Of a DNA stretch of 64,000 bases, positions 9,760 through 20,178 are shown one piece after another. Numbering within the stretch: position 1 is the first letter of the stretch; each line of letters starts with the position of its first letter. This stretch comes from Schleiferiaceae bacterium. GTDB taxonomy: Bacteria > Bacteroidota > Bacteroidia > Flavobacteriales > Schleiferiaceae. The position numbers and the translations under genes were made by a program. The stretch is taken from positions 46,509 to 110,508 of the forward strand of contig JAGYIN010000007.1 of assembly GCA_018402665.1 (NCBI GenBank), in the 5' to 3' direction. The notes beneath the pieces were generated by a model. That model was not told the DNA's origin. It worked only from the letters and a program-made list of their open reading frames with translations, and made no database searches.

Positions 9760-10782
9760 ATGGATAAAGAAGCCAAAATCGTGGCGTTTGATCCGAACGA
9801 ACCGGCATTAAACACCCACTTATTCGGTCTGCCTTTCGACGCAGACGAATGCGACGTACATGTTTTTCCAGCGCCTTGGGAGGTGACTGTGAGTTATGGT
9901 GCAGGAACTGCTGAAGGACCTGCAGAGATTGAGGTGGCCTCCGCACAGGTGGACCTGTTCGATGAACAGTTTCCCAACGGATGGCAGCGCGGCATCTGGA
10001 TGCATCCCATCGACGAAGCATGGGCGGAAACCAGTGCGAATCTGCGTGAAAAAGCCTCGCAATATCTTACGGCATACGAACAAGACGATGTCAGTGACCT
10101 CGAATTGCGCTTGTTGGATGAAATCAATGATAAATGCGGACATTTCCACCGTTGGGTTGAAAAGAATGTAAGCCAATTATTAGCAAAAGACCGCAGCGTC
10201 ATTCTTTTAGGTGGCGACCACAGTACTTCCTTAGGATCCTTACGCGCTCACAAAGCGAAGTACGGCAGCTTCGGTATACTACAGATTGATGCGCATGCGG
10301 ACCTTCGAAATGCTTACGAAGGCTTTACCTATTCGCACGCGAGCATTATGTACAACGCCTTGTCAGAGCATTTAGCGGACCAATTATGTATTGTCGGACT
10401 ACGCGATTACTGCCATGCAGAAGCAGCAATGATCGAAGAAGACCCGCGCATTACCGTTCATACCGACCGCGCAATGAACGAGCAGCTTTTTAGCGGAAGC
10501 AACTGGGCAGAGGTCACCTTAAAAATTGTTGCAACCTTACCTCAGCAAGTCTATCTGAGCGTTGATATCGATGGACTCGATCCTGCACTGTGTCCGGGAA
10601 CGGGTACGCCTGTCCCGGGTGGTTTGTCCATGGGCCAATTCCTCCACCTCATTGACGCCGTTGTTGCCTCAGGCCGTAAAATAATTGGTGCTGATTTAGT
10701 AGAGGTGGTTCCCGGCGAAAACCAATGGGATGCTAATGTAGGCGCTCGTGTATTATATGCCTTATCCCATCGTCTTACCTGA
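9760..10782 (+). CDS. Ureohydrolase (arginase/agmatinase/formimidoylglutamase) family protein
   Basis: Mn-binding motifs GGDHSTS, DAHADLR and SVDIDGLDP. Confidence 0.85.
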   Translation: MDKEAKIVAFDPNEPALNTHLFGLPFDADECDVHVFPAPWEVTVSYGAGTAEGPAEIEVASAQVDLFDEQFPNGWQRGIWMHPIDEAWAETSANLREKASQYLTAYEQDDVSDLELRLLDEINDKCGHFHRWVEKNVSQLLAKDRSVILLGGDHSTSLGSLRAHKAKYGSFGILQIDAHADLRNAYEGFTYSHASIMYNALSEHLADQLCIVGLRDYCHAEAAMIEEDPRITVHTDRAMNEQLFSGSNWAEVTLKIVATLPQQVYLSVDIDGLDPALCPGTGTPVPGGLSMGQFLHLIDAVVASGRKIIGADLVEVVPGENQWDANVGARVLYALSHRLT

Positions 10783-10805
10783 CCACATATTCGGCTAAAA
10801 CCACG

Positions 10806-10813
10806 TACCTTTG
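10806..10813 (+). promoter_or_regulatory. Putative -7 promoter box for purQ
   Basis: TACCTTTG, an exact TAnnTTTG match, 25 nt upstream of the purQ ATG. Confidence 0.4.
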
Positions 10814-10838
10814 TTGAAATTATCTTAAGCACGTTGCT

Positions 10839-11534
10839 ATGAAATTCGGTGTAATCACCTTCCCAGGGTCCAACTGTGACCAAGACATGATTTATGTACT
10901 CGGAACCATTATGGGGTACGAAACCGTCAACTTGTGGCACAAAGACACGGACCTTCAAGGTGTGGATTGTGTGGTGTTGCCAGGTGGGTTCTCGTATGGA
11001 GATTACCTCCGTTCAGGCGCAATCGCAAAGATGAGCCCTATTATGGGCAGCGTGATTAAGTTTGCAAACGACGGCGGTTACGTTTTAGGTGTATGTAATG
11101 GGTTCCAAATTCTAACCGAAAGCGGATTATTGCCGGGAGCGCTTCGTCACAACGACAGCCACAAGTTCATTTGTAAAAATGTATACATCAAACCGGTTTC
11201 TAAATCTGCTGGAATTAGCGCTGATCTCGATCATACCCGCGGCTATAAAATCCCTATCGCACACGGTGAAGGAAATTACTACTGCTCAGAAGAGACATTG
11301 GCTGAATTAAAAGCCAACGATCAAATTCTTTTCCAATACAGCACCGCTGAAGGTGAAGTTGGACCAGCTGTTAATCCAAACGGCGCTCTAGAGAACATTG
11401 CGGGCGTTTCTAACGCAACTAAAAACGTTTTTGGAATGATGCCTCATCCAGAGCGCGCAGCAGACGCAGCGCTTAAGAATGAAGATGGATTGGAGTTATT
11501 CAAAAGCATGATCGCGCACATGGTTGTTGCGTAA
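10839..11534 (+). CDS. purQ: Phosphoribosylformylglycinamidine synthase, glutamine amidotransferase subunit
   Basis: MKFGVITFPGSNCDQD, nucleophile context GVCNGFQIL, and HPER near the C-terminus. Confidence 0.95.
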   Translation: MKFGVITFPGSNCDQDMIYVLGTIMGYETVNLWHKDTDLQGVDCVVLPGGFSYGDYLRSGAIAKMSPIMGSVIKFANDGGYVLGVCNGFQILTESGLLPGALRHNDSHKFICKNVYIKPVSKSAGISADLDHTRGYKIPIAHGEGNYYCSEETLAELKANDQILFQYSTAEGEVGPAVNPNGALENIAGVSNATKNVFGMMPHPERAADAALKNEDGLELFKSMIAHMVVA

Positions 11535-11555
11535 TTGCTCGAGCCTTATCGACAT

Positions 11556-11592
11556 AAAAAAGCCCCGAAGCAGTTGTGCTTCGGGGCTTTTT
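11556..11592. terminator. Bidirectional intrinsic terminator between purQ and the convergent 1444-aa gene
   Basis: Perfect 12-bp stem agccccgaagca / tgcttcggggct with a 4-nt loop, flanked by A-run and T-run. Confidence 0.85.
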
Positions 11593-11612
11593 CTTTTGCT
11601 TGGAGCTGCATC

Positions 11613-14600
11613 CTACTGCAACACAATGGCTTCATTCTCTACACCCTTATCGGTAATGATTTGAAGTACATAGGTTCCGCGCGCCCAATCCTGCACATCC
11701 ATCCGCATCTCTCCGCTCACGCGACCGGTATAAACCAATCTGCCTGCAGCATCTAAGAACCGTACTTGTGCAGCACCTTCAACGCGAAGGGTCAGTACTT
11801 TTTGTGCGGGATTTGGATATACACTCCACCCTGAAGTTAAGGCTTCACCTAGACCAATATTTACCACACTATACACGTCCGAAACATTCGAACACTGGAT
11901 GTTTGAGAAAATTCGAACGTAGTAATCCCCGTTTGATTGTGGCAAGAAGGTCGCACCATTTGCACCACTGATCGGATTCATGTTCGCGTCCAACCACTCG
12001 TAAGTAAACGTTCCCGCAGGCGTAGCAGCGGCAAGCTCGCCAGTGGTATTCTGAGAAACCGTTGGCTTACCCGGTGCAGGTTGTATACTGATGGCACGTT
12101 GTTTTGTGTTTGAACAGCCCGTAGTTGCATCCGTATACGTATAGTACACCCAATGAGAACCCACACCAGCAGCAGCCGGATCTATACTATCGTTAGCGAT
12201 GCCCGAACCGCTGTACACACCGCCGGAAGGCTGACCGCCTGAAAGAAGTTGAGGTCCGTCCAGTTCACAAACGTAGCCCTGTGAGCTTAGCGAAACCGCC
12301 GGTAGACTGTTCACTGTCAATGTTACTGAGTCAGCGACTAGCGGATTGGCGACACAATCGTCGGAACTCGCCATTTCTACTTTCAAAACATCATTGTTTG
12401 CAAAAATTCCTGCGTACGTGAGCGTATTGCTCGCGACCACTGAACCGTTCAGTACCCAATTAATGGTAGGACTTGCCCCTCCGTTAGTAGGGGTAGCCGT
12501 AAAGGTTGCACTATCGCCATTACACAAGGCCGATGAAGCTGTTGTAGAGAGGGCAATACTCGCTGAAGGTGCACTGATGATCGTAACATAATTGGACAGT
12601 ACAACAGAATCTACACCTGCCGCATTAGCCACTACGAGTTTCACATCGTAAGTCCCCGGAGTAGAATAGATCACTGATGGATTCGCAGCAGTGCTTGTGC
12701 TCGGAGTTCCGCCCTGGAAAGACCACAAGCGCGATGCAGCGGACGGTGCTGTATAATCATAGAATTGTAATGTCTTACCCGTACAACCGGCAGTATCGCC
12801 CGAGAAAGCAGCAACAGGCGGGAATTGCGCTTGGCCAAAAATGTTGATGTTGTCGAGATAAATGTTGTTGCCGTAACCATTGACTGAAACGAATTTAATA
12901 CGTACCCCGGCGCTACCACTGTAAGCATCTAAATCAATTGTAGGACAACTCACGGAAGATGAACCGTGACACCAATACGTGGAGTCGGCAGGTACAAAGG
13001 CAGAGGTCACTTCTCCTGCTGTCGTGAAAATGGCCTCAGAACCGTCGTAAGCCGCCATTAAATCCCAAGTTGACCCACAATCGTCACTTGCATACACTTT
13101 CAAACTGTCTTTGTAACCGCTCGAATAATAGGCTGAGGCATATTCAAATTCTAGCTGAATTAAAGTATCGTTGGAAAAGTCTAGTGCTGGACTGATTAAT
13201 TCGTCTAAGGCACCCGTAGTACTGTAGGAATAATGGTTCACCGTCATTGAGGTATTTCCGGGGCTCGTTCCATTTGTAGTGGCTGCTACCCAAGTAATTC
13301 CCGCATCAGGATTGGCTATTTCCCAACCTGAAAGGCCCGATTCAAAATCCTCTGTGAACGGCAGCGGTGCACCTCCCACACCTAAAATCTGGAAGGCCGT
13401 TGTATCGTCTGTACCGTAGGTATTGCTTGCTGTTAAGGTCACCGTGTACGCGCCGGTCGCAGTGAACGTTACTTTGGGGAATTGAGAACTGTCATTAGTT
13501 CCGCCAACAAAGTTGTAGGTAGCCGGAGTGATCTGCCAATGCCACGCAGTAGGAAGTCCACTTGATAGGTCGGTAAACGAAACCGTATCTCCCAACGAAC
13601 AGGTCGCCAATGGATCCGCTGTAAAGGATGCTATGGGTGCAGTGGTGAAGCCGCTCATTAAAGGACTCTGCCATACGCCACGCCCATAGGTACCAATGCG
13701 AATAAGTGCATCATTCTCGTAAATTTCAATGTCCGAAATAATTACGTTCGGCAAGTTTTTATTGAAACTGATCCACGATGGGAAGTTAGAGCTGGTATAG
13801 TACACGCCTATATCCGTCCCAACATAAATACCGTCGCTGGCACCGCCTTCAAAAGCCACTGCTGTGGCAGGAACGTTAGGTAATCCCGAACTGAGATTAG
13901 ACCATGTTGCACCTGCGTTGAAGGACTCCATCACCTTTCTGTTACCGGCATAACCACTAATGGAGATGATAATATGCTCCTCATCATTTGGGTCAACAGC
14001 TACACCCGAGATGTTATTTGGGGAAGGACTCATAGAGCCCGAAGGCGTAATACTCGACCAGGTGCTTCCACCATTTGTAGAAATGAAGATATTGCTGTTG
14101 ATAAGCACATAGATGTAATCCGTATTGGAAGGCGCTACCTCAAACTCATCAATATTCGAATTACCGCTGATGTTGTTTGAAGAAGTTGCCGCCCACGAGC
14201 CTCCAGCATTTGTTGATTTCCAAATTTTCTTGAATCCTGCGTAAACGGTATTCGTTGTAACTGGATCCACATTGAATGGCGTCACCCAGTTTCCCGAACC
14301 TGAAACAGATAGCGTGTTGATGGAGCTAAAAAAGCCACCGCCGTTGGTGCTCTTGTAAAAATCACCGTAATAGATAGAGGTATACATGAGGTTATCATTC
14401 ACCGCGTCTACACCATTATCCATTCCATCACCCCCGGTTACTTCAGACCAGTTGACTGTCGTGCTTCTTAAGTGCGAGCCGTTGTCTTGAGCACCGGCTA
14501 AAATGACAGCGGTATCTGAAGTACTTTGACTGATTTTATAGTATTGCGTGATGTTCATGCCGTCGTTCAAATCACTCCAAGAACTCCCACTATTCGTAGT

Positions 14601-15947
14601 TTTATAGACACCACCATCGGTTCCGACGTACAATTCAGAAGTACCCGGTCTAAAATCCGCATGATGATGATCTGCATGAACATAAGGGGTTGATCCGGCA
14701 CCGTACCAGTGACCTACACAGGTCCAGTTGCTACCGCCGTTCGTTGATTTCCATATGTTTACACCTCCTACATAAATGGTGTTTTCAGAATTGGGATCAC
14801 ACGCAATGGATAAATCATACCAGGCCTGACCACCAGATCCAGAACCTGTGTTTGACCATCCCATAATATTGGGGGTAGAACTCATTAAGCTCCAATTGGT
14901 CCCTCCGTTTGTTGAGCGGTATAAACCGCCAAAACCATAGTTTGAAGATCCATAGACTAAATAAACTACACCAGGTACAGCGCTTACTGCTACTTCACAA
15001 CGATACACGCCATTCGTAGGTAGGCCGCTGGTCATTTGTGTCCAGGTTTCACCAGCGTCCGCAGAGCGGTAAAGCTTCGGGCTCGATCCGCTCGTCGTTG
15101 CATAAACCGTATCTCCATGACCCATGCGCATGCCGTAAAAAGATCCACTTTGCTCTAATGTAAAGTTCTGACCGTAATTCGTACTGCGGTACACCCCACC
15201 GTTTGTAGCCGCAAGAACAATGTGCGTACTGTCGGGATGAACCACGATACGACCGATGCGATAATTCTGTGAAGGAGACCAAGACAAGGAAGTGCTGTTC
15301 CACGTGATACCACCGTCTGTAGATTTCAATAAACCAAAACTGTACGTATCCGCAGCATCACGGTCACCCGTTGCGAGATACATAGTATCCGGATGTAAAG
15401 GATCGATAGCTAGATCACTTACCCCGAGGTTGGTGAGCTCGTCTGTAAATGTGGTCCAACTTTGCCCGTCATCGTAACTTACCCAAAGGCCGCCTGCTGG
15501 AGCACCCGCATAAATGGTATCGTGGTGATTAGGGTGAAAGGCTACTCCGTTGATACGACCTATCCCACCGCCTGATGGAGCGTTCACAGGGCCCATAACA
15601 GACCAATCTCCATATTCCGTTGTAGACGATGCTTGTTGCTGCTGAATGGCCTGATACAATACCGATGGATGTGGACGCTCGCCTGTCTCGCCAACGCGTG
15701 CTCCCATCATGTATTCCCAACGCTTGAATTGCTTCCAACCGTGCCCTTTTTCATAAGGCTTGCCATCAAAATCAGCATTGAACTTATCCACTACCGTATG
15801 AAAATTCACACGATAATCTTGCATTGCTTCAACCCACGTCATCTCACGAATCTCCTTGTCTGTCAAGGTTGTAGACGTGCGTTCTTGGGCGTTTGCAATA
15901 AAAGTGGCGGCGATAAAGGCTAACGATACTGTAATCTTCCGTAGCAT
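11613..15947 (-). CDS. Large secreted multidomain protein: Asp-box (BNR/sortilin-like) beta-propeller repeats, PKD-like and MAM-like modules, T9SS C-terminal sorting domain
   Basis: About ten S-x-D/N-x-G-x-T/S-W repeats (STDGGITW, SADAGETW, STNGGSNW...). PKD-like FTADP...YTVTLTASN. FTEDFESGLSGWE. C-terminus YPNPA...GTYVLQI. Confidence 0.8.
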   Translation of the reverse strand: MLRKITVSLAFIAATFIANAQERTSTTLTDKEIREMTWVEAMQDYRVNFHTVVDKFNADFDGKPYEKGHGWKQFKRWEYMMGARVGETGERPHPSVLYQAIQQQQASSTTEYGDWSVMGPVNAPSGGGIGRINGVAFHPNHHDTIYAGAPAGGLWVSYDDGQSWTTFTDELTNLGVSDLAIDPLHPDTMYLATGDRDAADTYSFGLLKSTDGGITWNSTSLSWSPSQNYRIGRIVVHPDSTHIVLAATNGGVYRSTNYGQNFTLEQSGSFYGMRMGHGDTVYATTSGSSPKLYRSADAGETWTQMTSGLPTNGVYRCEVAVSAVPGVVYLVYGSSNYGFGGLYRSTNGGTNWSLMSSTPNIMGWSNTGSGSGGQAWYDLSIACDPNSENTIYVGGVNIWKSTNGGSNWTCVGHWYGAGSTPYVHADHHHADFRPGTSELYVGTDGGVYKTTNSGSSWSDLNDGMNITQYYKISQSTSDTAVILAGAQDNGSHLRSTTVNWSEVTGGDGMDNGVDAVNDNLMYTSIYYGDFYKSTNGGGFFSSINTLSVSGSGNWVTPFNVDPVTTNTVYAGFKKIWKSTNAGGSWAATSSNNISGNSNIDEFEVAPSNTDYIYVLINSNIFISTNGGSTWSSITPSGSMSPSPNNISGVAVDPNDEEHIIISISGYAGNRKVMESFNAGATWSNLSSGLPNVPATAVAFEGGASDGIYVGTDIGVYYTSSNFPSWISFNKNLPNVIISDIEIYENDALIRIGTYGRGVWQSPLMSGFTTAPIASFTADPLATCSLGDTVSFTDLSSGLPTAWHWQITPATYNFVGGTNDSSQFPKVTFTATGAYTVTLTASNTYGTDDTTAFQILGVGGAPLPFTEDFESGLSGWEIANPDAGITWVAATTNGTSPGNTSMTVNHYSYSTTGALDELISPALDFSNDTLIQLEFEYASAYYSSGYKDSLKVYASDDCGSTWDLMAAYDGSEAIFTTAGEVTSAFVPADSTYWCHGSSSVSCPTIDLDAYSGSAGVRIKFVSVNGYGNNIYLDNINIFGQAQFPPVAAFSGDTAGCTGKTLQFYDYTAPSAASRLWSFQGGTPSTSTAANPSVIYSTPGTYDVKLVVANAAGVDSVVLSNYVTIISAPSASIALSTTASSALCNGDSATFTATPTNGGASPTINWVLNGSVVASNTLTYAGIFANNDVLKVEMASSDDCVANPLVADSVTLTVNSLPAVSLSSQGYVCELDGPQLLSGGQPSGGVYSGSGIANDSIDPAAAGVGSHWVYYTYTDATTGCSNTKQRAISIQPAPGKPTVSQNTTGELAAATPAGTFTYEWLDANMNPISGANGATFLPQSNGDYYVRIFSNIQCSNVSDVYSVVNIGLGEALTSGWSVYPNPAQKVLTLRVEGAAQVRFLDAAGRLVYTGRVSGEMRMDVQDWARGTYVLQIITDKGVENEAIVLQ

Positions 15948-15990
15948 AGGGATGTGTTAAGGACCCTAAAGCTACAAAAACCGAGCCTTT

Positions 15991-17748
15991 TTATTCTTCC
16001 GTTTTCGCAGTAGTTGCGAGCTTTAACTCATTTAGCTGCATACTATCTATAGTTGCTGGAGCATCAATCATTACATCACGGCCCGCATTGTTTTTCGGAA
16101 ACGCAATAAAATCTCTGATGACTTCCGCGCCGCCTAAGATGGCCACTAGTCGGTCAAAGCCGAAAGCGAGACCACCGTGAGGAGGAGCGCCATATTCGAA
16201 TGCACTCATCAAGAAACCGAACTGCTTCTCTGCTTCTTCCTTGCTAAATCCTAACAAGTCAAACATGCGGCTTTGAAGCGCACGATCGTGAATACGTATA
16301 GATCCACCACCAATTTCATTTCCATTCAATACAAGGTCGTATGCGTTTGCACGAACATTCCCCGGATCGGTGTCAATGAGGGCAATATCTTCGGGTTTTG
16401 GTGAGGTGAAAGGATGGTGCATTGCGTGGTAACGCTCCGTTTCATCATCCCATTCTAAAAGCGGGAAATCCATCACCCATAACGGTGCGAATTCTTCTGG
16501 GTTTCGCAAGCCCATTTCTTCTGCAATATGAAGACGTAATTCAGAAGTGGCTTTGCGCGACAAACGCTCTTCTCCAGCTAAAATCAAAATCAAATCACCC
16601 GGCTTCGCATCAGTAGCTTTGGCCCATTCAGCTTGCTGTTCTTGCGTGTAGAATTTATCAACTGAGCTCTTGTAGGTACCGTCTTCGTTAACCTTACAAT
16701 AGACCATTCCTTTCATACCTATGTCTGGACGCTTCACCCAATCGGTCAATTTATCGATCTGCTTGCGCGTCCACTCACCGGCACCAGGGACAGCAATACC
16801 GAGAACGGTTTCGGCCTGATCAAAGACCACGAATCCCATATTTTGAGTGAGACCGTTCAAATTCGCCAATTCCATCCCAAAACGAATATCAGGCTTGTCA
16901 TTTCCGTAGCGCTCCATCGCCTCTGCATAGGTCATGCGCGGCACACTGTCGATCGCTACGTTTTTCACTTCCTTGAGCAGGTGTAACAAAAGGCCTTCGA
17001 ACGTATTCAAAATATCTTCTTGCTCCACGAAAGCCATCTCACAGTCAATCTGCGTAAATTCTGGCTGACGGTCCGCACGTAAATCTTCATCGCGGAAACA
17101 ACGCGTAATCTGGTAGTACTTATCGTAGCCACTCACCATCAACAGCTGCTTAAATGTCTGTGGACTCTGCGGCAATGCGTAGAATTTTCCTTCTTGCATG
17201 CGCGAAGGCACAACGAAATCGCGCGCACCTTCTGGGGTAGATTTGATTAAAAACGGTGTTTCTATATCCATAAAACCTTGTGCATCTAGGTACTTCCGAA
17301 CCTCAATGTTCACACGATTTCTCAAAGCTAGATTGCGCTGTAGCGGCCCGCGACGCAGATCCAAATAGCGGTACTTCATACGAAGCTCTTCGCCGCCATC
17401 GCTTTCTTCTTCAATGGTAAACGGGGGCGTGTTCGCTGCGTTCAATACAACCAGCTTCGCACTTTTTATCTCCACATCACCTGTAGGCATATTGGAGTTT
17501 TTACTGTGGCGCTCAATCACCTCACCTTCGATTTGAACTACCCATTCGCGGCCCAAACTACGTGCTGCCTTCAACAACTCAGCATTCCATTCCTCATTAA
17601 ACGCAACTTGTGTAATCCCGTAACGGTCACGTAAATCTAAGAAGGTCATGCCGCCCAATTCGCGCGAACGTTGCACCCAGCCGGCGAGGGTTACTGTTTG
17701 TCCTATATGTGATGCGCGCAATTCGCCGCAAGTATGAGATCTGTACAT
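15991..17748 (-). CDS. aspS: Aspartyl-tRNA synthetase
   Basis: Class II motifs [15 protein letters not shown] and [19 protein letters not shown] chose the start at [11 protein letters not shown] (17748) because a TAnnTTTG box sits between it and the longer ORF start at 17781. Confidence 0.93.
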   Translation of the reverse strand: MYRSHTCGELRASHIGQTVTLAGWVQRSRELGGMTFLDLRDRYGITQVAFNEEWNAELLKAARSLGREWVVQIEGEVIERHSKNSNMPTGDVEIKSAKLVVLNAANTPPFTIEEESDGGEELRMKYRYLDLRRGPLQRNLALRNRVNIEVRKYLDAQGFMDIETPFLIKSTPEGARDFVVPSRMQEGKFYALPQSPQTFKQLLMVSGYDKYYQITRCFRDEDLRADRQPEFTQIDCEMAFVEQEDILNTFEGLLLHLLKEVKNVAIDSVPRMTYAEAMERYGNDKPDIRFGMELANLNGLTQNMGFVVFDQAETVLGIAVPGAGEWTRKQIDKLTDWVKRPDIGMKGMVYCKVNEDGTYKSSVDKFYTQEQQAEWAKATDAKPGDLILILAGEERLSRKATSELRLHIAEEMGLRNPEEFAPLWVMDFPLLEWDDETERYHAMHHPFTSPKPEDIALIDTDPGNVRANAYDLVLNGNEIGGGSIRIHDRALQSRMFDLLGFSKEEAEKQFGFLMSAFEYGAPPHGGLAFGFDRLVAILGGAEVIRDFIAFPKNNAGRDVMIDAPATIDSMQLNELKLATTAKTEE

Positions 17749-17768
17749 CTTTGGTGGTGTTTGAACCG

Positions 17769-17776
17769 CAAAAATA
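17769..17776 (-). promoter_or_regulatory. Putative -7 promoter box for aspS
   Basis: Minus strand reads TATTTTTG (exact TAnnTTTG), 20 nt upstream of the ATG at 17748. Confidence 0.4.
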
Positions 17777-17814
17777 GCCAAACTTGTGGGCCAATTCCCT
17801 ATTTTGCGTAGAAG

Positions 17815-18258
17815 ATGATAGACCTAAACGATCACAATGTGTATATGAGGGCCGCCTTGGCAGAAGCGCAGGTCGCTGCAACCGCAGGAGAAGTCCCTGT
17901 AGGAGCGGTAATTGTTGCTGCCGGGCGCATAATCGCCCGTAGCCATAACCTAACGGAATTGCTCACTGATGTGACCGCACACGCTGAAATACAAGCAATT
18001 ACAGCTGCAAGCAATTACCTCGGTAACAAATACCTTCAAAAATGCACCCTCTACGTCACGCTGGAGCCTTGCCCTATGTGTGCGGGAGCCTTGTTTTGGT
18101 CACAAATGGGACATGTCGTTTACGGAGCCAGCGATGATAAACGTGGGTACCAAAAACACGGCGGTCCTATGCATCCAAAAACTAAAATAACGAGTGGTGT
18201 GATGGCAGAGGAATGTGCCCAATTACTCACTGATTTCTTCGCAAGCAAACGAAACTAA
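17815..18258 (+). CDS. tadA: tRNA-specific adenosine deaminase
   Basis: 147 aa. Zinc motifs HAEIQAI and PCPMCAGA. Confidence 0.9.
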   Translation: MIDLNDHNVYMRAALAEAQVAATAGEVPVGAVIVAAGRIIARSHNLTELLTDVTAHAEIQAITAASNYLGNKYLQKCTLYVTLEPCPMCAGALFWSQMGHVVYGASDDKRGYQKHGGPMHPKTKITSGVMAEECAQLLTDFFASKRN

Positions 18259-18266
18259 ACCACGCC

Positions 18267-20090
18267 ATGATTCTCAGCACAACGGACATCATTGTTCTCG
18301 TCGTACTTCTTCTCTCGACCGTATTAATCGGTCTGTATTTTGGTCGAAGTAAAAAGAAAACGCTCAGTGAATACTTCTTAGGTGGCCGCTCACTTCCATG
18401 GTACATCGCAGGGATTTCTATGGTCGCTACCACCTTTGCTGCAGATACGCCTTTAGCAGTAACCGAGCTTGTAGGCCAGTACGGCATTAGCGGGAACTGG
18501 CTTTGGTGGAATTTACTTGCTGGGGGCATGTTAACCACCGTATTTTTTGCCCGATTGTGGCGACGCTCTGGACTTACGACTGAAGTTGAATTTATTGAAT
18601 TTAGGTACTCCGGACGTCCTGCTGCCTTGCTTCGCGGGTTTAAAGCCATTTACCTCGGAGGCATTATGAACGTACTGATCATGGGCTGGGTGAATGTTGC
18701 CATGATTACGCTGCTCGAAGGATTCTTTGGAATGACCCACGAATCTGCCTTTGTGTGGACCGGCGTTGCGCTGCTCATCGTAGTTTTCTACGTCAGTTTT
18801 TCGGGACTCAAAGGAGTCGTATATACCGATGTATTCCAATTCGTCTTAGCCATGTCAGGCTCCATCGCCTTAGCCTATTATGTGCTTAAAGCACCAGAAA
18901 TTGGTGGGCTTGCAGGCCTTCGCGCCGCGCTCCCTGAGGAGACGTTTTCCTTTTTACCTTCTGTAGGTGAAGGAGCTGCCGGAGGGCGCTACCAAATCTC
19001 ACTGGCCTCGTTCCTTGCTTTCTTCGGAATGGTATGGTGGACCTCTTGGTACCCAGGAGCTGAACCCGGTGGCGGGGGGTACAGCGCACAAAGAATGCTC
19101 TCTACTAAGGACGAGCGCAGTTCTTTTTTAGCGAGCGCGCTATTCCAAATTGGCCACTACGCAGTGCGCCCATGGCCATGGATTATCGTCGCATTAAGTG
19201 CGATCGCTTTGTATGGTGGACAGCACAATCTCGCAGAGCAAACGCCTGACTTTATTAACTACGAATGCCTCACAGGCATCCATGATTGCGAACCACTTAC
19301 CGCGGAGCAGCAAGCTGAATATGCACAGTGGGTAGCGACCTGGGAACCCATTTATGGAGACAGACTTCCTGAGGCCTTGAAGTACCAACAAGATTATCGG
19401 TTCGGCTACATCTTCATCATGCGCGACTACTTGCCTAAAGGAATTTTAGGCATGCTGCTTGCTTCTTTCTTCGCCGCCTACATGTCCACAATGTCTACCC
19501 AATTAAACTGGGGAGCATCCTACCTTATTAATGACTTTTATTTGCGCTTCCTTCGGCCCAACGCCCCACGCCGACTGAGCCTAAGTATTTCTAGAGCGAC
19601 CACGCTCTTGCTTGCGGTTTTTGGCCTACTCATTACCTCACAGATGAACAGCATCGCTGGCGTTTGGCAGTTCATCATGGAATGTGGCGCGGGATTAGGT
19701 TTGGTCCTGATTTTACGTTGGTACTGGTGGCGCATCAATGCATGGACGGAAATAACTGCCACCGTAGCCCCATTTATCGCATATGCAATCGCTCATTACG
19801 GATTAGCTTGGGCGTTCCCCAACAGCTTTTTCTTCACCGTCGGCTTTACTACCCTCGCATGGCTATTAACCATGTACACGACTTCACCAGAATCCAGCAG
19901 TACACTTGTGGATTTTTACGCTAAAGTCCGACCTGGAGGGGCCTGGAAACCCGTTGCTTGGAAAGTCGCAGATGATCCAGAAATCAAGGACGGCCCCGCA
20001 ACCCCACTGCTCATACTGTACTGGCTAGGAGGAATTGCAGCAGTCTATGGCGCCTTATTCTTAGTAGGTGCCCTGCTCTTTAAATGGTAG
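18267..20090 (+). CDS. Sodium:solute symporter (SSF) family transporter
   Basis: 607 aa, polytopic. N-terminal SSF-like segment YFLGGRSLPWYIAGISMVATTFAADTPL. Confidence 0.8.
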   Translation: MILSTTDIIVLVVLLLSTVLIGLYFGRSKKKTLSEYFLGGRSLPWYIAGISMVATTFAADTPLAVTELVGQYGISGNWLWWNLLAGGMLTTVFFARLWRRSGLTTEVEFIEFRYSGRPAALLRGFKAIYLGGIMNVLIMGWVNVAMITLLEGFFGMTHESAFVWTGVALLIVVFYVSFSGLKGVVYTDVFQFVLAMSGSIALAYYVLKAPEIGGLAGLRAALPEETFSFLPSVGEGAAGGRYQISLASFLAFFGMVWWTSWYPGAEPGGGGYSAQRMLSTKDERSSFLASALFQIGHYAVRPWPWIIVALSAIALYGGQHNLAEQTPDFINYECLTGIHDCEPLTAEQQAEYAQWVATWEPIYGDRLPEALKYQQDYRFGYIFIMRDYLPKGILGMLLASFFAAYMSTMSTQLNWGASYLINDFYLRFLRPNAPRRLSLSISRATTLLLAVFGLLITSQMNSIAGVWQFIMECGAGLGLVLILRWYWWRINAWTEITATVAPFIAYAIAHYGLAWAFPNSFFFTVGFTTLAWLLTMYTTSPESSSTLVDFYAKVRPGGAWKPVAWKVADDPEIKDGPATPLLILYWLGGIAAVYGALFLVGALLFKW

Positions 20091-20118
20091 CATTGTAGCT
20101 TTCACCAGAGCGGAAATC

Positions 20119-20154
20119 AAAAAAAATCCCCCGGGCGCGATGCACCCGGGGGAT
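20119..20154 (-). terminator. Intrinsic terminator after infB
   Basis: 10-bp stem atcccccggg / cccgggggat. The minus strand is followed by a T8 run. Confidence 0.8.
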
Positions 20155-20178
20155 AGTATATTCTAAAAAAATCGCGGC

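Noticed and set aside
11553-11568. The 16-mer cataaaaaagccccga occurs at 11553 and again at 60528, which could suggest a repeat family.
   Set aside because: There are only two copies, and both are the A-run plus first stem arm of ordinary intrinsic terminators. The sequences diverge immediately afterwards.
11535-11756. A 73-aa plus-strand ORF after purQ.
   Set aside because: It spans the bidirectional terminator and runs antisense into the 1444-aa gene, with no supporting signal.
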